From contig JYFJ02003557.1 in assembly GCA_000934665.2 (NCBI GenBank), positions 1-40,206 on the forward strand: a stretch of 40,206 bases of DNA, in the 5' to 3' direction. Below, one piece after another: positions 1-12,170 of the stretch. Origin of the DNA: Catajapyx aquilonaris (Eukaryota). The position numbers and the translations under genes were made by a program. Position 1 is the stretch's first letter. Each line of letters starts with the position of its first letter. Below the pieces are notes generated by a model. The model was not told where the DNA came from. It saw nothing but the letters and a program-made list of their open reading frames with translations, and did not search any database.

Positions 1-292
1 AGTAGTAAACTACTTTGTACAGTACCGTACCGGTGTAGCATGAGAGCGCCTTTTTCAGTGCAACCCGCAAGGCTAAAAACCCGTTCAACCAAAAGCATTT
101 GCCTTGCATTTGCCAGTCCGCGGGGGTCAATTCGAATACAGAAAGGATGTGACGTCACGCCGTAGGCCGTAATAAATAAATTGATTACTGCCGTATTTCT
201 AATTGTTTTATAAAACCGACCGGGGTTGTCGCCACCTACGATTTTTCCACACCCCCTCGCGCGCGCTTGACCCATGACTCTGATACACCCTG
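1..292. mobile_element. Right end of a Tc1/mariner-type non-autonomous element (left end not identified in the window)
   Basis: Ends ...ctctgatacaccctg followed by TA (293-294), i.e. a CAGGGTGTATCAGAG-type TIR; only one end is seen. Confidence 0.45.
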
Positions 293-345
293 TACAGGAA
301 GAAAGGGGGCAGTAACTTCTACTGCAATCTGCTGGTAGATCAAAT

Positions 346-559
346 GAGGGGTGTGGTGGAAAAAGGTGATAACCCTCACTTTTGTCATTTTTGACCTAAA
401 CATGTCTAGCAACTATGTAAAAGACATGACAAACATTTTGGTATACTCAAAGTTTACGTCTCATGCGTGAGATGGCAACACGGATTTTAGTGCAAACTTC
501 AATTTGCTCTCCTGAAAAATTACATTTTTGTGGGTTACCACCTTTTTTCGACCACCCTC
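346..559. mobile_element. Sola-like MITE
   Basis: GAG...CTC termini, imperfect TIR of about 30 bp (GAGGGGTGTGGTGGAAAAAGGTGATAACCC), 4-bp TSD AAAT at 342-345 and 560-563. Confidence 0.6.
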
Positions 560-829
560 AAATGCACGGTCAAGGATTGATTGTCCAGCTTCATTAGATT
601 ACAATCAGCCAGAGTACTCTAATAAAACTTGACATCACACACTGAAGTTGGCTTTTTTTTCCAGCAGTTAAGTCAAGTTGCATAAACAAAATAAACCCAG
701 ATCAAATGGTTGATCCCATGTCATATTGACGATTAATTCTTGGTCAGGGTTTACCATCATAATATATGCAACCCAGCATTAGTCATTTAAGAGCTTCCAG
801 TTCATCATTGTTATAAGAACCTCTCTTAC

Positions 830-1153
830 AAAACATGATTCCTTTTCTCCTCCTCCTTCGTCAGCATACTGCTCCTTGGTGGAATGATATTGTCCTGCAA
901 TTTGCTCCTTCATGACATTCAGGCTGAGTTCAATGGAGTCGAAGTCATTGAGAAGAACCAGACAGCATCGGCAGAGGTATGAGCTGTGCACTTTGGTCGA
1001 GTCAAGCTCCTCATTCACAAGTGTTGATAACAGTGTGGCAAAATTCTGTTTGGTGGCCTCAGTCACAGCTCCAGACTCAAATATGTTGTGAATGCACCCC
1101 TTTGATGCAGGGCCCACAGGCTTGTTACAAACCAGGCATGCACCAAACGCCAT
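830..1153 (-). CDS. Gene A, first coding exon: ZAD (zf-AD) domain of a ZAD-C2H2 zinc-finger paralogue; downstream exons not identified (probably outside the window)
   Basis: CLVC...HNIF...LCRCCLVLLNDFDSIELSL aligns with the ZADs of genes B and C. Acceptor tttacAG ends at 1166, 12 nt before the ATG at 1153. Donor TTT|GTAAGA at 830/829, phase 0, 108 codons. Confidence 0.8.
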
Positions 1154-1443
1154 GACTGAAGATACCTGTAAATTGAGGGGACATTTAGTCAGGTTCTGAT
1201 TAGAACATGTGAATTACAGTATCCTTGCATGCAGTTTTTGTTATATTGTCTCCCTAATATTACTTTGAAAGAAATAATTGTTGTTTCTTTTCTGTCATTT
1301 CTCAAATTACTTTAACTTCAGAGTTCATTTTCTCTATCTTTACGAAATGTGCATTAGCCCCTTCATTTGCGTGTGTTCCTAGATATCCTGCCATAATTTT
1401 TTTTCTTCCACCTCATGATGATACCAGTATTGGTAACCATGTA

Positions 1444-1653
1444 CATAGGCACGCAAAAAGAATGTCCGGGGAGAGTCTTCGTTCAGCCTGGTGGAGGCAA
1501 ACCATTGCACCTGGGTAGCTGAGGGAGGAGGGAAAAAGCTCAGCAGATAAGCACGGACGTACACACAAGTGTGTGTGTACACATCTGCGCAATGGTTTGC
1601 CTCCACCAGGCTGAACGAAGACTCTCCCCAGACATTCTTTTTGCGTCCGATAG
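1444..1653. mobile_element. TA-flanked hairpin MITE
   Basis: 58-bp inverted arms at 1451-1508 and 1589-1646 with one mismatch; TA on both sides. Confidence 0.75.
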
Positions 1654-1762
1654 TACAGTCACTACAGTGGCATGCAAAAAGTTACCAACACCTCAACTGG
1701 TCCCTTATATTACATGACAAAATTGCCATCTACCCTGGTACCCAGACTTTACCAGTCTAGTA

Positions 1763-1870
1763 CTGTATTACCCCGTATTCTGCAGCATGCCATAAAGTAA
1801 GGGGTTGACCAGATTTGAGAAAACACACATCTGGTGGCTACATTGGCATGCCAGTATAAGGCAGAGTCAG
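1763..1870. mobile_element. Terminal fragment of the pogo/Tc2-like MITE family also at 22898-23650
   Basis: TA-CTGTATTACCCCGTATTCTGCAGCATGCC resembles that family's TIR (CTGTATTACCTCTTATATTGCGGCATGCC). Confidence 0.5.
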
Positions 1871-2113
1871 CCTGAATTGTAGAGGTTTTGTCTATATCTT
1901 GCCTGGCAAAAGTGCTTAATTTTTCTGGGCCAAAAAATAAAAGAAACACACCATAGATTTTACATCCTCTTCCCCCAGCAGCACCACTAGTCAGGAATAG
2001 CTGCTGTAAATCACTTGCCCTAGACACAGCAAAACTATTATTGATTTCCTGCACCAGCAGGAATGATTCGTTTGAAAAAACACATACTGTAACTAACTGC
2101 CATGGTTTTAGAG

Positions 2114-2398
2114 CAGCAGTTCTCAAACTTTTTGGGCCGCGGAACCCTATTTACCTCATAATTCTTTTGCGGAACCCTGAACCCTAATCTTACTTATAAT
2201 TTACACTAGGAATACCTAGAAGTCTTTTTGTTGTTAAATGGTAGGGCAAGGTTATGTTAAAAAAAAATTTCAAGGCAATGATGCAATTGTTTTTTAGGCA
2301 CAAATTTTATTTTTTATATTTTCCAAATTTTTTGCGGAACCCCTATGCTGGTGTCACGGAACCTTAGGGTTCCGCGGAACACAGTTTGAGAACCGCTG
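2114..2398. mobile_element. hAT (Charlie-type) MITE
   Basis: TIR CAGCRGTTCTCAAACT; perfect 8-bp TSD TTTTAGAG at 2106-2113 and 2399-2406; internal GCGGAACCC subterminal repeats. Confidence 0.9.
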
Positions 2399-2676
2399 TT
2401 TTAGAGGACCTCATTACGTAGGCCTACAGAGTATAACATGCATACTACATGTTCCAGTAAGTGAGCTGCTGCTGAGAAAAATAAGAGGTGAATATTTACT
2501 AGTGCCATGGATTTATTTTGTAAGCCTCATATAAAATATTTTACACATTTGAAAGTACAGTTGAATCCGGATAAAACAGCCTCGGTTGTAACAGACTTTC
2601 GGTTATGACGGACTCGTAAGGCCGGTCCCGCCATACTTCCATAAGGCTCTGTGTATTTTTTACTCCTGATATAACA

Positions 2677-3032
2677 GGGAGGCAGAGTGGTCCTGCGGTA
2701 ACGTATGCACCCACGAACGTTAAGGTCCCTGGTTCGATCCCAGCCCGGGGACACCCCCTTCATCTCGTGCAGAGTTGGGTCGCCTCTGGCTTTGTCTCGG
2801 GTGGAATTTCTGCTATACATATCCACCCAGGGGAGTTCACAAATTATGTACCATCTTGGAAACTTTGCACTGCACATTTCACATCCCCTCCTGTCATTCT
2901 GCCTGTGGGACTGGGCGATTCAGATGAATAGGCACCGAAAATGTAACACCAATCAATAAAAAATAAATAAAGGTCAATGTACTTGTACCCAAGGGGTCAG
3001 AAGCACTACCCACAATTATTATTATTATTATA
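2677..3032 (+). mobile_element. tRNA-derived SINE, family 1 (tail type X)
   Basis: A-box-like TGGTCCTGCGG, B box GGTTCGATCCC, (ATT)n tail, 17-bp TSD TTACTCCTGATATAACA at 2660-2676 and 3033-3049; homologous to the copies at 17084, 29958 and 33932. Confidence 0.9.
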
Positions 3033-3457
3033 TTACTCCTGATATAACAAGACTCATTTTCACATCACCTTGACTATAAGAGATCATTTCTTGGCTCCTC
3101 GTTGGAAAAATATGCTGTTTTTGATTACTCAGCTTCAATTTCCACGCAAGAAAAGCACTGCATGGAGCGATGGTGATTTTCCCACCTGTCACTGATCTAA
3201 CACTTGCCAAAAAGCTCAACATAATTTTTTTCTGTTATATTTGGCATGAACGAGCAGAAGAAAATGTCCAAGTTATGGGTGAGCTAATTTTGCATGTTTG
3301 TGGATAGTTTCATTAATCAGTATGCAGTAGTGTACATTATAAACATAATATGAAAGCAGAAAACTTGTGCATTCGTTGCAAAATTGGCTATTTGGCTATA
3401 ACAGACCTTGGTTATAGCCAAAGAATGGATTTCTAGGTTCTAAAAAACCCTCAAATA

Positions 3458-3818
3458 CTGTCTGATTTATTCTACTCCAGACTCACGTCACCAAGCCCCA
3501 TTCTCCTCCACCCATCCACCCTTTCACGGACTGTACTTGTTACCAACCTAACCTCACGCACGTGGTCACCGCTGTCACCATTAATGCAACATTGTTCCTT
3601 CCTGTCCGCGACAAGGGAATACGCAGAGTGCCGATTAACACTCACATTATAATTTATATCGCAAATGTATGCCGTATGATTTACTGTAATTACAACATTG
3701 TTTGTGATACCACGCGTGTGAAGTTAGGTTGGTAACAGGTACAGTCAGTGGAGGGGTGGACGGGTGGAGCAGAGAGGGGTCTTGATGACGTAGGTCTGGA
3801 GTAGAATTAATCAGACAG
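3458..3818. mobile_element. TA-flanked MITE with long (about 110 bp) imperfect TIRs
   Basis: CTGTCTGATTWATTCTACTCCAGAC inverted at both ends and continuing through an AACCTAAC motif; TA on both sides. Confidence 0.8.
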
Positions 3819-6226
3819 TAGGTAGGTATTTAGGTCTTGAAAACAGTTAAAATAGGCTCTTAAATCAGAACTATAAATCAAGCAGGTCCTAATTTATTTT
3901 CAGTCCCATGCTAAAAGAGATTACAGCCTACTCTTGGCCATGTAATTTTGCAACACAGTAACAAATTAGTAGTTGTTCCACATGTCAGTTTTTTTTTTAA
4001 ATTATTTGTCGGCGATGCCTGAGTGGCAGTACAACTTTATATGCTGAAAATGACCTTTCGAAGTCACACAAAGCAACCGGATCATTCTTGAAAAGTTGAA
4101 TGTCTTGTACAGCCAGTTCATCCAGCATGTCTATAGGCTACAGCTTCTTCGCTATTCACAGGTTGAAGTGGGAGGGATGACTTGAATGGAAAACATGTAA
4201 AAACTGCCACAAATATTACGAAAAGGCGTCAAAAGGTGAAAATTGGCGCTAATAGGCCACTTAGGTCTCAACGTCCGAAACAGACAATTTTAGGTTTTAT
4301 AAAACTAGTCATTTATTTACCTCCCTGTCTCATCATTAACGCAGGGAGGGAGGCTTTATAAAACTACGAGTTTTGAGGTCCTTGTGTTATGAAACGGATA
4401 GATATTTTGGTTCCGGGTTGTGCCTACAAAATAAAAAGTAGGTAAAACCCAAGAAATCCGTTCTTTGGTTATAACATACTGACTGAGTTCCTCTGTCCCT
4501 TGAAGTCTGTTATATCTGGATTCAACTTTATTCGGTGTTTATTTTATAAGCAACACCGATAATTTGGACGGGAAGTAAAAAAACACTAAAATTATCCCAC
4601 TTTATACCGGCCCCCTGGTCGACCTCACTTTATACTGTTGGTATGCCACAGATTGTGGGGTAATACAGCACTAAAGTATGGATACAAGTAATAAGTAAAT
4701 CATGAATATGTAACTGTGAATATGAATCTGTACCTTATTATTGGTTCTTTCTATGTTTTCACCAAAAAATGGTTCCTGTTGACTCCTAATAGTGTGACAC
4801 AAGGGTTGACTGAACGTTTGTCCTAGCAAAACACAGTCATTTTCTATACTGTATAACCCTTGGTCAGCTGTTCCGCACATTTACCATAAAGTCTACCAGT
4901 GTGTATGTGCCCTTTCACCCTAGCAGACTTTGTGCTCTGGCACAAAATTGCTCCACAAAATCGGGTGGTCAGCAGGCCCGGGCCCGGCGGCCCTTATTAC
5001 CTAACGCCAAAGGACATAATCGGTTAGTAAACTTGCCCTGTCTTAACAAAAAATTATATCTTCTCTCGACGAATCGAACTGACGCAGAACCCCAGAAATG
5101 AGCAGATGCAGTTTCATCTTCATCAGCAAAACGACATCTTTTCACCAGCAACAGCCATAGACGTCTATGGCAACAGCATGCAGCAATCATGACATCTGAC
5201 GGCACCCAGCGGGAACATGTAGGGCAGAGATGTAGGGTGCGGTTTTTTACTCCGTCCATGGGTAAGTGACGTCACCCTCTCTTCCGACCGCGGGATTGTC
5301 CAACACGGTCCAACACCATTCAACTACTGCTCGGTGGAATCAAGGGTTCCATGGCTTAAATATCATATTAATAAACGCATGTTGCATTTAAAAACAGGAA
5401 GGCTATTTCAGTTTCACTAAAATAAAATTTGTTATTTTAAGTAACCATTATTAAAAGGGGATATCAATCAATCAATGCATGTTTTACCATCAACTAATAA
5501 TTTTGGCTAATCATCTTCATTAATTTGAAATCAGTTTAGGTATGCTACCAAGCACACTACTCTACTGGTGGCAACACATTTTACAGCTCTCAAAGTAATT
5601 AGAAAAGCATGGCTGGACCAGATAAGTGTCTGAAGTGTAAGGGTGTTAGAACGTAGCAGTACATCCTCGGCATGTAGACTCACAAGGACCAGCATGGACA
5701 TGAAACTTCCAGCTTCATTAAATAGTGTCAAACATAAAAAAAATCAAAAATTGACCCATCTCCATATAGAGATTTTTGAGATCAAATATCACAATTTTAA
5801 TGATTTTTGATGTCTTCTTGAATAGGTAATGTTACAGTGACTAGACATTGGCACGGTAGGCAAAGTAAATGTCAGTCATAATATTATAACGATGATGGGT
5901 TCACTGCTCTGAATATACTAGTACTAGAACCATGCACTTGAAAAGGGTCGATTTCCACATTATATAATATTGAATTAAAAACTTACACTCATCTTAGTAA
6001 TATATTCAGCATCTCCCATTCTATTCAGATAATAATTTTCTGCAATAAAAGAGTTGGAAGGAACAAGATCCAGCCTGAAAAGTTGGTCGAGCTGTAGGCT
6101 ATTTTGTCAACTTACTTAGTTATTAGAAATCCTGTGGCCACCTGTACTGTATTTCAGAATTTCCCTCACATCCATAAATGTTGGGTGTCCTTATCTGGGC
6201 AAGAATGGAGCGAAAGAGGAGAGTTG

Positions 6227-6455
6227 TTTGTTTGTTGGTTGTGCCAAAGCAACTAAGGCTATCTGGCAATCGTATAGTGGGTTTTTGGTAGTGGGAGGAA
6301 ACGGCAGATCCCCGAGAAAACCCACGCTAACACGGCGAGAACCCATCGAAACTCTTTCCACATAAGTGTCCTCCGCCCGACCTGGGGATTGAACTCGGGA
6401 CCTTGGAGGTGGAAGGCGGCAGCCACAACAAGGTGCTACGCTACCGTGTCACCCT
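6227..6455 (-). mobile_element. tRNA-derived SINE with a V-domain-like core (V-SINE type), tail type Z
   Basis: B box GAGTTCAATCCC; core GTTCTCGCCGTGTTAGCGTGGGTTTTCTCGGGATCTGCCGTTTCCTCCCAC resembles the V domain; (CAAA)n tail; 15-bp TSD GAAAGAGGAGAGTTG at 6212-6226 and 6456-6470. Confidence 0.85.
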
Positions 6456-7326
6456 GAAAGAGGAGAGTTGCATGAGGGGAGTCAAGTTCATTCAGTTCTC
6501 CTGACTCACTATTTGGAGAGCACAGGATTATCAACTTGAAGTGGGCGAGTCTGCAACATTTCAACTGATAACAATGCATGCTAAATTCTGAGCCGCACTG
6601 CATTCATTTATTCATCTTAAGAGTGATACCAATAAGTGGATTTCGTGAATGATAAATCCTAAATCATCCATAAACTCATAAATATAAATGTACGATGACC
6701 TAGAATAAAAGTATTCAAAAATGACTCCACAAAAAGTTGTTAATGTTGTTTATTATGAAGAACATAATTTTACAGCCGAATTTCTGAAACTGGAACACAT
6801 GCATAGAAGTGGCAATTTCTTTCAACTTTCAATCACTTTCTTCAATATTGCAATATCTGAATCCTGGGATGCTTCAAACTATATTTTACTGCCATAAAGG
6901 AACTTGATAGGATACCATAAGTCATGATAATTCAGGGTAATAAGTATTGATTAACCATTGACATGAAGTCGCTGACAAGGTCGCACTAGTTTGTCGAGAA
7001 GGTGGGTAGCTGGCCCTTCTGTGCACCAGAGGGAGGTCCTCTTGGTCCTCTCTCCCCCTCTGTCCCCCAATCACAAGCAGGGTAATGTGTAAAAGCACCT
7101 GTCAATTCCCACCTTCAAGGCTGCCAAATCCTTATAACAGAGGCTTATTGAACATGGTCAAACAGTACATGGATATTAACAGTTATTACCTATGCAATTA
7201 AATGACATCATCCAACCCTCTTTATGAAGTATGACACCATCTAAACAGAGTTTACAATAGGGTTGCTGCCCTGACAATGGCTACAATGAATTTGGAACCC
7301 TTCCAGCTAATAATTATGCTGAACAT

Positions 7327-8168
7327 AAAGGACACGGGGCAAGTCTTATGGGAAAAGTGGACCCAGTGGGATTTGGCTGAAACTTGGTCGTTAATAGACC
7401 TTGACGTCAGGGTCAATTGTTCTGAAGGCTGAAGAAAATCTACTGTGCCGTTTGGCCGCTATAGGCGCTCAAAAGTCGTAATTTCAGATGTCTCCTATCG
7501 GGCTCGTTATCATGTATGTTGTCGAGTTTCATGAGCCAAGTCGAATGAGCCATGTGGCCTCTAGACGAGCAATCGAGTTAAATTCCAGACCTTGAGGTCT
7601 GTATAGTGGAATCATGAGTGGGATTGTAAGCACAACAGTCATAACAATAACTGTCAAATGGTTTGTCACAGAAAATCGCCACATGGCTCATTCGACTCAG
7701 CTCATGAAACTCTACTACATACAATCGCACCCGGCTATAACAGGGGCACAAGTCCAAAAAGTCAATTTCGCAGGAGAGCACTTTGAAAGTTGTATAGTGT
7801 TGGTATAGTGTTATCATAAATCAGGTATTGATGCAGCATTCGAATAATAAGAATTTTTAATGTTAAATTTCTTAAAATCAGAACATGCATTCTGAATGTG
7901 CACACGGTCATGGACCCTGCTCTAGTAATAAGTCAAAATCGTCATTTTTGGACTTGTGCCCCTGTTATTGCCGGGATGCGACATGAAAATGAGCCCAATA
8001 GGAACACCTGAAATTACGACTTTGAGCTCCTCTAGCGGCCAAACGGCACGGTAGATTTTCTTCGGCCTTCAGAACAATTGACCCAGAGGTCAAGGTCTAT
8101 TAACGGACCAAGTTTCAGCCAAATCCCACTGGCGCCACTTTTCCCATGAGACTTGTCCCGTGTCCTTT
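7327..8168. mobile_element. MITE with about 180-bp TIRs and two internal inverted-repeat pairs; superfamily unassigned
   Basis: AAAGGACACGGG(G/A)CAAGTCT(T/C)ATGGGAAAAGTGG inverted at both ends; no clear TSD. Confidence 0.8.
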
Positions 8169-8454
8169 GTAGTCACATTCATATATAAATAATAATTAGT
8201 GAAATTAATGAATAAAACTGTCACACATTACTCCATGCAATTGCTGTGTATGTCCACAACTACATAAATGATTCTCTTCATAACCAAGCTCTTTTTCAAT
8301 GACGACGATGATCATCTTTAACTGGGAACACTGACATGATCTTTCCTTGTGATGTGAAAATTAGTTGATCACAACAACACAAGCCTTAAGCAAAACTTAT
8401 TTCATAATTGAGGCCCACGGAATTGCACACATTCAGGAGCATGCTCCAGTTGGA

Positions 8455-8493
8455 TGAGAGAGTGAGAGAGAGAGGGAGAGAGAGCGAGAGAGA
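8455..8493. repeat. Imperfect (AG)n microsatellite
   Basis: gagagagtgagagagagagggagagagagcgagagaga. Confidence 0.85.
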
Positions 8494-9649
8494 AAACGCT
8501 GAAATGCTTATAACGTGAAAAGCAATGAAGTGGTTCATGTCATGAAATGCCAAGGACTACATTAGCACATGTTGCAAAATTGCTCTTCCCCTCTCACACT
8601 CTCCTGTGCCTGATAGCCTTTTTGCTTGGCTCTCCCCAAACAACCAACATGCTGCAGTATGCTATTCTAATCCAGGGTAAACAACTGGGCAGAAAAGCTT
8701 CCCATCCTAGCATGCTGGTTGAAGAATATGCTGATTTATGTCATAACTTCTTTTATACATATATCAATGAACAAAATTGTTAAAAGTAGCAGGTTGTAAA
8801 ATAAATACATCAAAAGAGACAGAGCAGTTTTCTCACATGATCGAGTGCTTACTGTACAACATATTGCTGCTTTGTTTGAGCAAGAGTTTCAATCAATAAA
8901 TGGAATCAAGTGATATAAAGGCATAATACTAAGACCCATGATATTCTTGTATCATCTGTCAATCTGCCAATCTTGGGCTCATGATAGTAAGGGATGAAAA
9001 AAGCACTGAATATATCCAGATAATCCCCCACAATATTACAGCATGCAATCATTTCCACAATACAGGTGGGCCCCATTTTATGCTGCTTCACATTAACCTG
9101 GTTTCAATATTACCCTTGAAACAAAATTTAATAGGAATATTTGGAAAATAACAAATCATTCGAAGCATTAACACATCTCTGTCAGAGTGTGAGAGCCCAA
9201 ACAATGCAATTTTGTTTTTAGTAGTGCATTGTAGCAGGGTGTAGATATATGTACAGTACTCAACTGTATTATTGGTCTCTGCCTGGTACTGTACTGATTG
9301 TTACAATATGCTACGTGTAGTGCAGTTCTTGCCAAAAAAGGGAGAGAAACCCTCAACCTGGAACCTCCCATTAAAATGCTAATTTAAATGTAAATTCAAT
9401 TGCATTGTGTTGCTGGAACCAATTACTGGCATAAATCAGGTACCACCTGTATACCAAAACTGAAGTACAACCCTTTTTACCTCGGTAAACCACAATCTGT
9501 ATAAAGTATTCAATGATGCTGTTGTTCAAAATAACTAGTTACATCTTAAGCCAATCTCACAATGGACTTGTCTACATAATCACACTAAAGACTACGCACC
9601 TTTGGGAACGGAGGATTCCCGTCCACTGATTTTTAACATGGCCTCAGTG

Positions 9650-10480
9650 CTACCCAACCTCAGTCTGAACCAGCACAACCTCAACCTTTCCCTCCTCTAC
9701 AAAGCTGGCAATGTCCCTGGCTGTTCCATCCTCACTGAGGATGTATTGTATTGCTTCAGGGTCCTCCCCACCCTCACCCTCCGCAAAGTCAAATTGGTTC
9801 ACTATAATCATGTCATCCACCCCTGGGGTCTGACCTTCTACTCCACTCTCTGCTACATCTTGTTCATTATCATCATGTACCTCTATATGTATCTCTGACT
9901 CCTCCTGCAGATTGGCAGGTAGTTGAAGCTGGTTGACTATGATGATGTCTTCCATATGTCCCTGGGTCTGCATATGACTATACAAGGCAGGCTTCCTCAT
10001 AAACCCTTGCCCACAAACCTTGCACTCATAAGGCTTCTTTTCTGAATGAATGAATCGATGGGCATTTCGGTTCTCTTTTGAGTTGAATGCCTTCCCGCAA
10101 ATCTCACACTTGAAAGGTTTCTCCCCCGTATGGATTTTGAGGTGCTTCTTGTAGTGGTGTGGGTACACAAATGCAGCTGAGCACAGGTGACACTTGAAGG
10201 GTTTCTCCCCTGTGTGCACGCTACGGTTGTGATAGTCAAGAAGACGGCGGCGAGTAAAGGCTTTGTTGCATTCCTCACACTTGTAGCGGCGGATGTTGAA
10301 GTGTGAAGCTTCCTTGTGAAAAACGAAGTTGGCTCTCTTGCTGAAGGTGGAGCCACAGATTTCACATTGAAAGGGGCGCTCTCCTGTGTGGATGCGAATG
10401 TGGTCACGAAGAAGCTCACGGCGACCAAATGACTTCCCACAGTACTTGCAGCCGTAAGGGCGCTCACCAGTGTGCACCAC
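9650..10480 (-). CDS. Gene B last coding exon: end of finger 7, fingers 8-13 and acidic C-terminal tail
   Basis: Acceptor aaagcAG|GTG at 10481/10480; tandem C2H2 fingers with TGERP/TGEKP linkers; TAG stop at 9650-9652. Spliced CDS is about 761 aa. Confidence 0.95.
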   Translation of the reverse strand: MVHTGERPYGCKYCGKSFGRRELLRDHIRIHTGERPFQCEICGSTFSKRANFVFHKEASHFNIRRYKCEECNKAFTRRRLLDYHNRSVHTGEKPFKCHLCSAAFVYPHHYKKHLKIHTGEKPFKCEICGKAFNSKENRNAHRFIHSEKKPYECKVCGQGFMRKPALYSHMQTQGHMEDIIIVNQLQLPANLQEESEIHIEVHDDNEQDVAESGVEGQTPGVDDMIIVNQFDFAEGEGGEDPEAIQYILSEDGTARDIASFVEEGKVEVVLVQTEVG

Positions 10481-10889
10481 CTGCTTTAGTAAGAGAAATT
10501 GTCAAAAACAACAATGCTATATAATAACTAAAGTAAATTAGAGGTGACGAGAGTGTACTATGGATTCATTGGAATGTTGTGCATATTTGGGTGGCATTTT
10601 GGTATGTCCTCATGTCAAGGAGGAAAGCCAGCTGTATATTTTGGAACCTCTGTGCAAATTTCACAAAATTTAAGAAAACTAGAAAATTCTCTACAACAAC
10701 CCCCACCCCCCCACCAAAAACAAAAACAAANTACCACTGCTGATTTGATTTCCCACACCAAACTTAATAAAGAAACAACATCAAAATATCCTTCCAGATC
10801 GACACAAAAAATTTGCCAACAAATTTGTCAGGTAACAAAATTGAAATTTTGTTGCCTAGTGTAATTTTAGCATATTTTGAGTCATTGAC

Positions 10890-10985
10890 ACGAATTTCCT
10901 TGTATTTTCCCTGTCTACAAGCTAATTTCCAATTTCCCTGTGTTTTCCCTGTGTTCCCTGTTTTCCCTGACCAGTGGCCACCCTG
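10890..10985. mobile_element. Single terminus of a hAT-like element
   Basis: Reverse complement reads CAGGGTGGCCACTGG followed by repeated CAGGGAAA subterminal motifs; partner end not seen (an N lies at 10731). Confidence 0.5.
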
Positions 10986-11894
10986 ATTTCATCCATCGAG
11001 TCATACCATACTTTATGAACGGTACTGTACATTCGAAGGTGCTGGAAAAGAAGTTTGTGGTTAAACCCTGTAGATGGGACTTATCCCACGTATGTGCTAA
11101 AAATATAATTATGTTCTCTCTGAGAAATTATTTCTTGTAGACATTTACAGAAATTCCCATGTATCTTGCACTACTGTTACAAATGGCGTCGCCTCTATTT
11201 TGTCATCCAGTGCTTTCAATCTCTCTTAAATTGCCACAAACTAGTCATTTACGATCGTGACTACAATCCTACATGGGCCATTGCCTTACACTTCGGGCCG
11301 CCCAGCCCTTATGAATTCAGACCTGAACCAAGGTGCCTGCACTTTGTCATTTGACATTATCATGCCAAATATTGAATTAACTTATGTTCCAAAAACTTCC
11401 TGAAATATTGGCAGACTTGGGAGTACTGATAGTTAGCGACAGAGTTTGCACCCATCACCAAATTGACTTACATTTTTAACCTGGCTGGCCTGTGAGGTAA
11501 TTCACACTATGTGTTTATGTTCTACTTAGTTCAGAAATGCCAAGGCTACATACCGATAATTTTTTGTCAAGCAGGCAGAGTGACAAAAAATTGGAGTAGA
11601 CGGGAAACAGACGCCTTTGCGCCATCTTGTTGTACATATAAGAGTTTCCACTGCGTACGCATGAGAGTAGGGCCACATAGATGGCCTCAGGATCAGGCCT
11701 GGACACTATACGAGCGTATTCACTAGTATTTTGAAGTCCCGTCTCCCAAATCCCAAAAAAGCGCATTTTTTTGCAGATACTTGCAAAAACGCGAAAAACC
11801 ACCCGTCTTATTAGGGCTAAAATGCGGTGTTTCACCGTATGCCACAGTGTTGCTTCAACAACCCATTCTAAATTGGCACTACTCTTTTCACTAT

Positions 11895-12170
11895 TTATTT
11901 ATTTTATTTACCTCGTGAGGGCAGAGCCCTTTTAGGGGGGAAGGGGAGGTTCCCAAGGGAGGGCGCTGTAATTGGTCATTTCTGACTTTCTGAAATACAC
12001 CAGACCTTTTCTCTTGGCCCTGGGCAGAGTAGGGAGTGCAATTTTGCCCCGGCACGTCGGGTGAAAAGCGGAAGAAGACCCGGTCAACCAGAGGTGACGG
12101 GGACGGGATTTGAACCCCGGCCTCCCGCTTGGCTGGCCAGTGGCGTAACCACCAGACCACCATGCCTCCC
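11895..12170 (-). mobile_element. tRNA-Gly-derived SINE (tail type Y)
   Basis: Head GCATGGTGGTCTGGTGG...GCCAGCCAAGCGGGAGGCCGGGGTTCAAATCCC closely resembles tRNA-Gly(GCC); A-rich tail; 15-bp TSD TACTCTTTTYACTAT at 11880-11894 and 12171-12185. Confidence 0.88.

Larger units (their letters stand above)
2558..4528. mobile_element. pogo/Tigger-like non-autonomous element carrying a nested SINE and a nested MITE
   Basis: TIRs CAGTTGAATCCGGATAAAACAG and (reverse complement) AAGTTGAATCCAGATATAACAG; TA at 2556-2557 and 4529-4530. Confidence 0.6.

Noticed and set aside
4970..5355. CpG-containing patch with a CRE-like GTGACGTCAC and a GCCATAGACGTCTATGGC palindrome as the gene A promoter
   Set aside because: Not called: it ends at a TTAA, its motifs look like DNA-transposon remnants, and I found no convincing minus-strand donor. 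It cannot be excluded without TSS data.
11690..11849. CACAGTG-ending segment as a Transib/RSS-like terminus; likewise TTAA-AGGCGCCATAC near 18145 (Kolobok-like) and GGGCCAGTTGCACC near 27972 (Harbinger-like)
   Set aside because: Single ends with no partner TIR or TSD found in the window.
12090..12170. tRNA-Gly-like sequence, and other A/B-box heads at 2677, 17084, 22006, 28717, 30305 and 34261
   Set aside because: Each continues into a SINE body and simple-repeat tail, mostly with TSDs, so these are SINE heads rather than tRNA genes.
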